A DNA stretch of 64,000 nt from Antedon mediterranea (taxonomy: Eukaryota > Animalia > Echinodermata). Each line of letters opens with the position of its first letter. Position 1 is the first letter of the stretch. The stretch spans positions 7,192,001 through 7,256,000 of the forward strand of contig NC_092680.1 in NCBI RefSeq assembly GCF_964355755.1, read 5' to 3'. The notes under the pieces were generated by a model. It searched no databases. It worked only from the letters and a program-made list of their open reading frames with translations, and was not told the origin of the DNA. This document shows positions 40,101 to 52,200 of this stretch, piece by piece. The translations under genes and the position numbers were made by a program.

Positions 40101-40263
40101 ATTAATATACTACTAATCAGAATATGTATGAATTTGAGGATTCTTGTTTTTGGAAATTTTTTAATAATTTAAAATGTATACATTTTTAGAACTCAAGAAA
40201 GAGGAAAAGCTGTTACAAGTTGTTGCAGAGGAGGATGCAGAGATGAAGGAGGAAGACATGTGA
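31176..40263 (+). CDS. RSL24D1: Ribosome biogenesis protein RLP24 (ribosomal L24 domain-containing 1)
   Basis: Exons 31176-31256, 38549-38662, 39143-39279, 39546-39631 and 40190-40263 splice in frame to [68 protein letters not shown]..; all introns GT-AG. Confidence 0.97.
31949..33845. mobile_element. Tandem pair of hairpin-bearing non-autonomous elements with 31-bp repeats
   Basis: Copies 31949-32919 and 32921-33845 (matching tail at 38275-38340). 3 and 6 units of TACAAATAATGAATGTTTATGAGTGTAATGG; long hairpin centred on GAGGCAACGCCGAG. Crypton- or Helentron-like, uncertain. Confidence 0.7.
34749..38171 (+). mobile_element. Intact L2-clade LINE ORF (APE endonuclease + reverse transcriptase)
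   Basis: Uninterrupted 1140-aa ORF: WNARS, ITESWL, YRPP, GDFN, HTLDL, SDH (APE); [23 protein letters not shown] (RT); [13 protein letters not shown]. 3' stem-loop-like CAGCGCTTTG..GCGCT and (TTA)n tail to ~38268. Likely start is ATG 35067. Confidence 0.95.
38797..38977. mobile_element. Harbinger-like MITE (CTCTGTCTAC...GTAGACAGAG)
   Basis: TIRs and internal ~20-bp repeats; a related copy lies at 43159-43318. Confidence 0.7.
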
Positions 40264-43158
40264 ATGTAACAGCTATTTTCCAAAGGACGATGTAGATATG
40301 AAGGAGGAAGACATGTGAATGTAACAGCCATTTTGATATCAATTAACATCAGAAAAAACAAGTCATTAAATACACCCATTAATGTATCATTATTCATTAA
40401 TAATGACACTAACTAACAATAACACATTAAACTATATATACATTTTGCTTAGCGTTGTTATGTTTACATATAGAATGATTCTTTATGGATGACTAACTAT
40501 TTTTAATTTGCTATGAAAACAAATACGTTACCTACTCAAAGCACAAAATGCAGCCTTTAATGTAATTTAGGTTGGTAGTATTACCGTATACAACCAGTCT
40601 TGATTGTGGGGTGGAGGCGTTGATGTTGTTATATTGTATTTTGCTCTAGAAATAATAAACTAAATAATTGGCAATTTTATTTCAAATGTAAATACCCCTG
40701 TTGTACATTAGAGTATTTCCATTTTTAAAATGTATTGTAGTTCAAAAGGCTGTCTAGTGGAATACACTTTTCACAGCTTTATATGAATAAATGACAACAC
40801 AACAACAGGTGAATACATGAATTTGTATATGTTTGTTACCTATATTATTTCAATACAAATAATGCAACCATTTTTAACATCAATTAAACACAGTAGTTTG
40901 ATAATATTCCCAGAAATATCAAGTTTCTTTTATGTTGGTTAACCTAAAAAAATGTAGGCCTATATATTTTAGAAAACGGAACAAAAATGTTGTTGGAATT
41001 ATGACTTTGCAATTGTATTTTGCCTAGTCATGGTAAATACAAGAATCAATATGCGATTTAATTTATTTCGCATTAAATTAATTTGGACGACTTATTAACT
41101 TTGAACTTCCACATGATTTATAATCAAGGTCATAGGTCTATTGCTTAATACAGATCGTTTGTGTTTGCTAATTAAATTCTCAAATAAAAAACTTCAGTAG
41201 TTACAAAAGTTTGAGAGAGAAAAGTGTTGTTTTATGACATTGAGAAATTACGCCAATTGCAATAGGGACTTTTAGATTTTCACGAGTCGACCCTATTATA
41301 CGTCATTTTTTATGATATGCGCTAGGCGACTGGCAATTTGAGCACTTGTTCAGTAGCATTTTGACGTTCGCTCTCTGGCATGAGTACCAGTGGACGTATG
41401 ACATAACAAAATCATGGCCGAGAATATCGCGATGATTTTCTGAGAATGTAGTTATAAAGTGAATTTCAGTCAAATTATATTCCCAAACTGTGAATTATTG
41501 CTTTGTATTGGTTATTTCAGTGTAAAGGTTTTAACAATACAGGTTATGATCTGGGTCTTATCACTTGGACACAGCTTTCGTTCAGAAAATTAAGGAGCTA
41601 AGATAGGCCTAAAAAGCTACACACTTAGTCTGGCTAACAGTGTTAATCTGCGACAAGTGTGGATGTCGTGCAGAACCGCAATACAAACCATAACATACTG
41701 GAGAGCAGCAGTGTAAATCTGAAACCTGTGGATGTGGTGCAGACTGCAGAACCGTAAACCGCCACGTCGCACTGAGCAAGATTTGTAAAATGTGATGCAA
41801 CAGGTACGAATGGTAGTGTTGCCGTCAGTCGTCAAATCCTACTTATTTCTGAAATCAGTGCCCCCCATGATTGGGGGGTGGGGGGATTCAAACATGATTG
41901 CCGTCTCTTACTCATTCACTACCGCACCGTAATGTCTTCAAGTAATGTTTATTATTCTGATATTAATTTCACGTTGCATTTGCTTCACTCAAACATTTCA
42001 CTTTTCAGTTAATGTCTAAAACGCAAACAATGCTGTTTTGATAAATATAAATCATTACCGGAACCATCGATCAGAACCAATTAAGAAGAATTGTGATTTA
42101 TTTGCACTATCGATCTCTGTGTGTTATTAAGAAATAATATTTAACGCGGCGTTTTCACAAAACTCGTCACTCGCCGCAGAGGTTCGGGAAACATAGGTAA
42201 GTGTAGAAGTAGCACTGTCCTTTGTTGTTATTTAGAATGGTATTTTTTCTACAACACACATTAAATAATATAAACTGAATAGAAATCAATTTGAAGTAAA
42301 ATCTTCATAATTGTTTGTATGCATTTAAATTGAAGAATCAATGTAGCAGACAATTATTCTGGACTGTCGCATCGCATTACGACCATTAACAACATAAGAA
42401 TTTGTTAATTATATAATTATAGTAATTTTTATTTTAATACTGTATAGGCCTAGTAATAGTATGTATAACCGATTCTCAATGCTGTATCCACATCTCCAGT
42501 ATCCTTATTTAATATTTTGGTTGTGGTATCTAAATTTGTATCGCATGTGGTGCCTATATCGTGGGCTATAGCATGGATACTCCATGGCTAGGCATATGAT
42601 GATAGGAGATGTGATATATGTGATGTTGTATTACCAATAGTCCTATGATAAACCAACTGGAGAAATCTAGTACGAGAGTCGGGTGGATGTTAGTGATTAA
42701 AATGTATATTTTATTTTTAAAATCCTATAGATTCAATACGATTTAACAAAAAAACAATAAGTTTGGTTGTTCCACTTCACGACAAAACTTGTATTATCAT
42801 TTTATGGGTAATCATAATGTTTTGATAGATATTTGTTAAATAATCATTCATTCCTATTTATTCATTCATTCATTTGTATTTATGTATGTCTTTAGGCCTA
42901 CATTTCGTTACTTTCTCGTTATACATCAGTTTAATTACTTATCAAATAGGCCTAAATTGATTAATTAATAAAACATTTTATTGATTGATAAAATATTTGA
43001 TTTATTGATAAATGTGTGAATGTGAGTTATACATCGTATCATCTTTTCTAAAAAAGACAAACTAAAAAAAAGTGTCACAAAACTGTATTTCCGATTGGCA
43101 CTCTCTCAAGTTCAAAATCTAACATTCCAAGCGAAACTTAGTAAACAATATTAATTCT

Positions 43159-43318
43159 AGCTCTGTCTACACTGCAAACGTCATGCATGTGACAACAAAT
43201 GTCATGTGCCCATGATTATGCCATATCAATACCATATTTGGCCATATCACTGCCATATTTAGGCACATCCGTGACATCATACTTTTTTGTCAAAGTATTT
43301 TGATAGTGTAGACAAGCT
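43159..43318. mobile_element. Harbinger-like MITE, second copy
   Basis: AGCTCTGTCTACACT...AGTGTAGACAAGCT; body similar to 38797-38977. Confidence 0.65.
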
Positions 43319-44268
43319 GCAACGATAACTTCACATGCGTTTTGCCGAGTCATGAAGAGAAAATTCTGGAAAAAAAAAACAAGATCAGTAAGTTACGGTT
43401 TATCAATTTAATTTATTTCTCATTAAAGGTAATCTAGAGGACTTATTAACATCGATTATCAATATGCGGTTTGGATTAATAAGTCTTAATATAATAACAA
43501 TACTTTGAGTTGTTACGCATGTTTCCACTTGAAAACGTTTGTTTAAGCTAAGCAATTAGATTTTGATTACGTGATATTTAGCAAAGATACCTACACAAAC
43601 GCATGAACCTTTCCAGTACAATTCCTGTCATTTCAATGCCTCGAACCTCTCTCCTCCTCCTAAAATGTTGATATCGTTGTTAAGTGTATGGAGTGGGAAA
43701 TTGGTATACAAGCACACTCGCTTTAGGGTGATCCATCGTTGTGATTGGTTAAAGCAACTTACGATACGCTTACGTCACGTCCGTCCTTGCATTGCATCCA
43801 AAAGAGAGGGAACCACTATCTGCAATATGATGCAGACGAAAACTGAGGTCTGCTACTCAGCAGTGTAACTCGTAACTGAAACTTACTCAAACCACTTTAA
43901 ATTATTATGATTTATCGTCGACGTCGTGTAGATGGATTTACCCCAAGGCTATTTTATTATACCGATGCTGTGCTTGTTTTCGCCGACAGAACGCCATTCA
44001 TTAAGATGTTTTATATTAATGAAAGTAGCAACAGCTATATAGATCTATATCAATCGTGCTATCGATAGAACCGCCGAAGCTTGCGCGCCGTAGTATCCTA
44101 TTGAGAAAATGCTCGGTTAGCTAAGAAATTGTGAGATGGTCATCGCAAAAACTATAAATAAAATTATTTTTAGGCATATTTGAACAATATTGTGTTTTTC
44201 AGGTTTGTAGCCGTTGGTGAAGTGTAATTCAAATCATTTTTTTTAGAGGGAGGAAAGCTAACTGTAAG

Positions 44269-46652
44269 ATGGATGACGACAGTATTCAAACTATTAGCTT
44301 GAGAAAGTCAAGTAACAGAAGTAACAAAATTCACCCAAAGGAGCTAGATGTCGAAGTCTTGCGTGCAACGACGTCACTCAGTATCAGAATGAGTCACCCA
44401 CTCTACTCTCAACTGAAATGGTTTATTTTCATCATGAAAGTTGCTGGAATATACCACGAGCCATCATTTAATGACGTCAGAAAACAAGAAGTAATTTGGA
44501 AGATATGGCACTTTGTTGTTTGCGTCATAACTGCGTTTAACTTTTTCCGATTTGTTCCAGAAATTTGGAAAACAGATATTTTTCCTGGTCTAACGTACTC
44601 TGAAATAATTATGTGTGCGTGGTTTTTCCAGGTGTTTGTAAATACAGCAATGACATTCGTTATATGCGCTAAAAAGGAAGGTTTATTATCGTTTTTTGAA
44701 CATAGCCAAATGTTCGGTAACAGTGAAGAAAGTAAACTCCTTAACTGCGTTCCTGATAAGAGTAAGCTGAGCCGCAACGTCAAAGTTTCATTAGTTATTA
44801 CTGCAATGTGGATCATAAGTGGCTTTTTTATTTCACTATACTTAACACTTAAACTTGAATCCAGTTCGTATCATATAATGACTGCTCCTTGGACATCGAA
44901 TCTTAGCATAACGCTCGTTATGATTGTCTCTGTCGTATGTCATTTATCATCCATACAACACACACTTTTGTTTTGTCACATTTCCGAGTATCTAAGAACA
45001 CAGTTCAAATTACTCTCAGAAACTTTTTCGAAGTTGTTATTAGAGTCTGAGGAAGGCAAAAAAGGTGAAGTAAATGAGCGCCGTTATGAGTTAATACGTC
45101 AACAACACAACCACTTGTGTGTTTCTGTTCAAAAAGCAGATTGTTGCTTTTCAACGTTGGTGTGTGTAGCATGTTTTGTGGACATCCCACTAATGATATT
45201 CATAGCATATCAATGTATTTACTTGAATGTAAATATTGAAACCAGGTTAAGTTATGCCTATTGGCTTGTTGTAGTTACTATAATGGTTGCCGCTTTAACA
45301 ATTTATGCATCGTGTCTTAATTCCGAGGTAAGTTCGCACAGTGTACACCGTACCCAATTCGCTTACGTTATTAGTTTTCGTTTACATTTTGTTGTTTAAT
45401 AAAATCATCTTCGCAGTAACTTTATGATTGCGTTATCTTAACAAAAACGGTGTTATAACGCCCTAATTACGGCGTTATAACGCCGTATTATTATAAAATA
45501 ATTGTTTTCTTTGGCGGAAATCAGCCACCGAGTTAACACCTTTCATCATAGTAATTGTTTTGTTCTACATGAAGATATACGAGAATTGACAGCAATGTTA
45601 TATGCCATATTAAAATATTGTGTATTGTATTTTTTAGGTTCATGCATTAAATGAAAAAATATTCAAATTGAACGCAATTGCTGACTCGCCAAACGATAAA
45701 CTTCTCACGGTAAAGCTTGGTTCCCACTTGGACGCAACGTAAGGACGTGGACGCAACGCAAGCGAGTTGACCAATGACAGAGGACAGTTAGAATATTCCA
45801 TCGCTTTTGATTGGTCAAATCCCTTATGTTGCGTTACGTCGTTGTGTTGCGTCTCTAGTGGGAACCAAGCATTAGGAAAACAGTAGTTTTAAACATGTAT
45901 GATTGTAATGTATGTGCACGCACTTACATTATTATCAACTTGTATGGAGAAATGCATGCATAATGTTTTATTTGGAGGGAGAGCAATAATTATCACAATT
46001 ACAACCTAATACGACACATTTACCCGATACGAATTGGCCTTTAGTTTATGTCATGATGTGGAGATACAGAATATAATCGGGTGACAGATAAGTAGGCCTA
46101 ATAAATCTTATCTTAACAATCTTATATTAAACTTTGGTATTAATGTGCATGATCAGTAATCACTCCTAATTGTCGTTTTTTTCAGGTACATACTCTGTTT
46201 TTGTCTCGATTGAATGGCCCGCCTATTGGCTTTTCTGTGTGGGGAATGATTATCATTAGCAAAGAGGTTCTATTGACGGTAAGATGGTGTGTTTCCAATT
46301 AGTGGTCTACTTACACGGCCGCCGGGCGAATGAGAGCTCACAACATTATTATGGGTCTCAGACGCTTAGAAATACTGTATCTTAACATAATTTTGATTCC
46401 GGTAATTTTATGAGAATATATTAGTATAAGTGTTAGATTGTCTTGGTTACCAGCTGAAGCGCAGAGATAAGAAATAAGGATATTATAATGTCTATTAAAC
46501 TCGGGATCTAGAAAAAAAACAAAAAAACCTGCAGATTTAGTTATACGAGAATATTACAATGTCATTATTGGCTAAAAAATACTTTACTTTCTTTTCTATA
46601 GGGAGTTGGTATGGTGTTTACATATTTCGTACTGTTGGTTCAGTTCAAATAG
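44269..46652 (+). CDS. Gustatory receptor-like (GRL) 7TM ion channel, ~424 aa
   Basis: Exons 44269-45327, 45638-45709, 46186-46278 and 46602-46652 with three phase-0 introns in the C-terminal part. Multiple TM segments; C-terminus FLSRLNGPPIGFSVWGMIIISKEVLLT-GVGMVFTYFVLLVQFK contains the GR hallmark TYxxxxxQF. Confidence 0.92.
45714..45871. mobile_element. Harbinger-like MITE at a GRL splice donor
   Basis: TIR AGCTTGGTTCCCACT / AGTGGGAACCAAGC, flanked by TAA and TTA. Confidence 0.8.
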
Positions 46653-49253
46653 TTTTCAACGTTGGATAAATTCGTAGTTGTGGACTAAACAGAATAGAAA
46701 GGAACATGGCTCTGTATTGCAACTATATCCATCGAGTTTTGATCAACGACGACAATATCTCTGGAATTGTAATACCTTTACGCAACCGTATTCAAGATTG
46801 GTTCTATCAAGACTTATATCATGGATGCTATATCCTTGTTTTCATGTCTAATTCCAGAAAATGATCTCTATCGACACCACCACCGCGGCGCTGATCTGAT
46901 TACCGTAAATCTTCTAATAGTAACCCACACTCTAATATTAATCCCCTTCTAATAGTAACTCACCTTATAAGTCAATCTATAATAATAACCTATTACTCTA
47001 ATAGAGTACCCCATGGGGGTTACTATTGTAAAATATATATATATATAATAATAAATACGTTCCCTAGTTGTGTTGATTGTATCATGTATATGGAGAGAGG
47101 ATTGTAACAGCGGTAACATTAAAGTGATCAAACCAAGGCAATCTAACAGGAGATGCTGAGCTCCGGAGAAAAAAGGGTTTATCTGTGGCTGCGACACGAT
47201 CAGTTCCCATCCCCTTAAACAGACACTGCAGAGATGTTCATAGCACAGTAATGTTGGTATTTGTCGCAGCCAGACAAGAGATCAAAGGAGTTCCTCTTTT
47301 GCGAGCTCAGTGTCCTATTAGATTGAAGCACACTCTTTGAACATCAGATCTTGAAAACGGCTTTTATATTGGAAGAAGTTGTGAATCAACTGGGTTTAGT
47401 CAGTAGTGTCAATGATTGGCTACTGCTGGTTATGATATCTACGTCACAACCAATCACTGGGCATCATCAAATCAGAGATGAACACGATTTTCATAAACAT
47501 AATTAGAGTGTTTCAATAGGGTTTTTTGTTTTAATGTTGTATTGTGCAGTATATGATAGGACAATAGTTAATGAACGAAGGTGCGAAGTTTCATTGTATT
47601 AGAACAATTAGAATACCCCATTGCTAAGGCGTAAACAAATACTCGGCTATTTTTTTGCAATTTGCATTTTGTAAGTACAGAAACTGTACTGCATTTTTAA
47701 ATCATGGATTATGTAGTTTCAGTATTTATGAAAATCTCAATTTTGAAAATGTCTATGTCCGATTCTGTATGAATGTCATATCTGTACTGTTTAGTTAGGC
47801 AAACATGAAATTTGGTTTCAATGATTGCTATACACTATACTTATTAAAATAAACACCCAACACATCGTTTGGCGTTAACTTTTTCTTCGAATAAAACCCC
47901 GTCACATGCATTACAAATGTCTATTTTGTAGTACATACAATTCATTAACTTCCATTACCTATATAATTTTACTGTATTTTTACTCGGGGTACCAGAGTCT
48001 AGGACTCGCTCATCTTCTCCTTCCATCTGGACACTATTGAGCCAACTTTAAAGTCCTACTAGTTCTTTAGGCGTCGTCTGACGGCTCTGAAACATGGCAT
48101 GCATATACAGTACTGTACTAGGGTAATAGGTGAACAAAGCTATAGAGAGAACATTTTTGTACTTCAACCGGATGCAGAATTACGTCGTAAACATGGTATG
48201 AAACGAAAAAAGTGCGATTTAAAGTACTACTCCTCCCTTATTCATTGTAGTATTGAGCTGGGATTTGGCATGGGTATACTACAGGGACATGTCCTCAAAG
48301 CTATAGATCCGGATTTTAAAATTTCAAATCGGATACAGCCATATGACATCTCGAAGATGGTACCTTGGTACCAAACGATTTTCGTCGTAATATAGCCGTG
48401 TTTGGTGTCATTTCAAAGGTATTGACTTGGAGAATAAGAATATACAGTAAAACCTATTTATGATATTGTGACGTCACTTCTGCTCGCGGAAATAGCAAAA
48501 AATCACTTTTGAGATTTCACAATTTACCGTAATTATGCCATTTCCGGTTATGTGACGTAACTTTTCGGAATATAGCCGTATTTGGAAGCGAGGGTAGTAC
48601 AGGGAAATTTTCCAAAAATGGCCAATAAAAGAGAATCTCGCAAATACATTTAACAAAATTTATTTGAAAACACAGCATTTTAAGTAAACTAATGGAATAC
48701 GAGAGCTATAAGAAATAATATTTGATATGGACACAATTGAGTGGAAGACTGCCATCAATAGTCAAGTACATTCAAACCCAGCAGAACAAAGTAAACCGTA
48801 TATACATATCGTGCAATGAATGTGAATGTTTAACCAATTACTTTCTTTTATTTTAACAATAACATACAAAATAAAATGCATTCCATCATTTTAGTAGCAT
48901 ACTATTTATACAATACACAGCTGAAAATTCCATCATAATTTCTCAAAGCTTTAAAATACATTACTGAATTAAAAAAAGGATATTGAAACTTGTTAATTAA
49001 AAACTCTCAGATAAATTACCTAACTGATAATTGGAAATGCCAAGTTTGGTTGTTTTTCCTGGTACAATTATCAATTACAAATGCTTATTTTTGGGTCAAA
49101 AGAATCACCAGGTCAGTATCATGAATGTAAACCTAACGCATACAATAGAACAATTTCTCTATTTTCTTTTTTAATTGTCCTAAACTCCCGCCCAAGAACT
49201 TTTTACAAATACTCAGCATAGATAATACTGCTAACATAGCTTGGTCTATTAAT

Positions 49254-52200
49254 TTACCACTGCTGTTGCCCATAGTCGCCACCGCCGTATCCTCCGCCGC
49301 TGCCACCACCACTACTGTATCCTCCTCCTCCGCCACCGCTGTATCTTCCTCCTCCACCACCTCCATAATTACTTCGGCTATTTCCGTAACCGCCGCTGCC
49401 ACCACCGTAGCCTCTGTCGTTAGATCTATATCCTCCGCCACCGCCTCCATATCCTCCGCCGCCGCCTCCATATCCTCCACCACCTGCTCGACGGTCATAA
49501 CCTACAAAGAAAAACATAGTAAAAGTAACTTACAAACTGGGCCACTGATCGCCACCTCCTCCAAATCCACTTGACCAACAACAACAAACCTAGGTATGCG
49601 CGATCGACGTTCTGATACTGTATTTAGAATGAATATTTTTTTTTCACAAGGTCCCAAAGATATTACGCGCGCACGTATTAATCTATCTTCAGTATTGTTG
49701 GAAAGTTCTCGTTTCAAAACCTACCTCCTCCGCCTCCACCTCCACCACCACGACGACTCGTTGCTGGTTGGATTCTCAACTGTAAAAAAAAAAAAACAGT
49801 CCACAATTCACTTAATCTGTGTGTGCAGTTTGATATTTGACAATTTAAAGGGTTTAGTTCTAAATTAAAACGAGTACATCAATGATGGTCCCACGTGTAA
49901 TCATGTTTGTGTGGAAGAGCCGAGGATAGTTTAGCTGCCTGCAAGTGAACTCTCCCCAAGATAAGCTCAAAATCTATTTAGATAATCATCTTCTAAAATC
50001 TCCATTATCATTTTGATGATGCCATGTTAAAAATTGGAATAAAAGATGGGTCTTGTGATTTCTCCTATGCTAAACACTGTACTGTATATAATTTATACAG
50101 TATATTCTGTAAAAATACTGTATACTGTACGACAAAAAACACAATTCATCACTGTAAACATTTACTTCATCAGTCGGAGAGCCGCGTTGGGAAATATGAC
50201 CGCTATCGCTGAATTTACAATTTCGCACGACGTCATAAATTTTTTAGAGAACCTCTCTCGGCACAGAGGCATCAACGTTTCGCGCGAAAACATTAGCATA
50301 AAGTATACATCATTTAATAGCTGTTTAATAAACATTAGTAGGCGATAAGATTGAGGCGTTGAGATAATTTCCTTCCAAAATTGCTACCTTTGCGTTTCAT
50401 TTTGAATCCGTTAACATGTTAAAAATTGGAATAAATAGCGAGTTTCGTAATTTCACCTATTCTACACTGTATGTGCTACTGTATGTATACAGATTATACT
50501 GTGTATACGATATGACACAAAATAACAGAATTCAGCAATAAAAACATATCATATTCTTCAGTTCAGGTCATAATGCCATAATCTTTTTCTGTGTGCAATA
50601 TTCCAACGTATGACGTGCACGTGGCGTTTGTGGTGCGGATAACTAACTCGACAAAGTGACGAGTTTCATGTCTAGTTTTGGCCTAGTTATTACAATATTT
50701 TTTAATTTTGGCCTTGGTGCCCCTTCGATTTAAAACAAATGGCCTTGGTGCCCCTAAAATCAATTAAATTGTAGTTCAACTATTGAAATACGTTTATTGA
50801 TTTAATTTAATATCAAAATTATACCATTTTCTAAGTGTACTAAAATAGCAAAAACATTTTCCACGAAGCGCGCCCTCACAATGAATGAAATCAGTGATGC
50901 GTTACCAACGCGGCTTTCCGACTGCATGTCGAAGAATGGAATAATTATTTTCAGCGTCAAAGTGATGAGTTCAAATCAAGTTGAATTTAAATTTAGAATG
51001 TTTTTTACATTTTATAAAAAAGAATCTATCCACAGAACATAAAAATTCTTACCACTCTACCACTAAGTTCAAAATCTGCGCTGGCAATCGCCTTCTCCGC
51101 CATCTCTGGGTCAACAAATGTTACAAACCCAAAACCACGACTACGTCGAGTTTCCCGATCCGTGATAATAGTTACTTCGGTAACCTTGCCGATGTTTTCG
51201 AAAGCAGCTTCTAACATCTCTGCAAGAAAATATTTAGTCGTTGGATTTACGGTGCATAGATTAGAATTGTAAAAAAAAATCATTAATATAAGATGTTGTG
51301 GTGAGTAACGAAGGTAAGAATTTCCAATATTGTTATGCAGTAATGCATACACAAAATTTGCAATGACTTGGTGAATACTGTGTGCTGCAGTTCCATTTCT
51401 TTAAATCACTTCAATAATTTAGTTTAAACAACTAATGTTGCAAATGCATGATCAAATATACCACTTAAAAAAAGTAGTGTCATATCATAAATTCACTGCA
51501 TTGCTATTTGGCAATACACCAGTCCTTCACGTATGAAAAAGTTCATTGCTCTCCTGGAATACTGAGAGCAGTTTGCTCTCCTAGTACAGTACATGGTGCA
51601 AAATGTGGACTAGCCTAGGCTGGGTCCGGGAGGAGAGCAATTAGTTGCTCTCCTTGAAACAAGTTTAGGAGAGCGGAGGAGAGCAATCGCTCTCACTCTC
51701 CTTAAAACTGATGGACTGAACACACAGTACTGTACAACACTACATTCATGTCTGTAATAGACACAAAGGGTACTGTATGTTCACATGTACGGTGGAAGGC
51801 TGGCATATGCCTTGCTCAACGTATGCCTTTTAATGTGAACTAGGCAGTTAATAACTCGCAAACTATGCCATGTTCTATCGCGTGGCAACTAGGCCAGCTA
51901 TATCTTAACTAACACCACAGAGCTAACTACAACGACGCTTTTGACTTTATTTCAAGATATTTACCAATGACTTCATGTCTTTTAATGTATAGTATTGGAA
52001 AATTTATTGCCGATAAAACAAGCTTTACTAAGCTATTCTCTGCTATTTGAAAGCGTATGAATTTGTTTAGGGTGAAATAAATAAATAACGGTCAAAAGTA
52101 GAGTGACTTTAAAAAAGAATTGAACTCGGAAATGAAGCTCAGAGAATAATTAAGATTAGTCAAGCAGTCAACTCTGCACAAGACAATAAATCATCACTAG

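Noticed and set aside
45328-45399. C-terminus of the 376-aa ORF taken as the real protein end
   Set aside because: Read-through into intron 1 past the GAG|GTAAGT donor. The true C-terminus is in three downstream exons.
47262-47275. 7SK RNA (TCTGGCTGCGACA matches the vertebrate 7SK 5' stem as recalled)
   Set aside because: Only a 13-nt match. Here it pairs with its own inverted copy, and the 7SK GGAUG start and GAUC architecture are absent.
47390-47400. snoRNA guide to 28S rRNA (CTGGGTTTAG)
   Set aside because: The 10-nt complement lies downstream of, not upstream of, the CTGA on the minus strand, so support is insufficient.
49266-49574. Ser/Thr/Ala-rich plus-strand ORF
   Set aside because: Antisense shadow of the glycine-rich exon.
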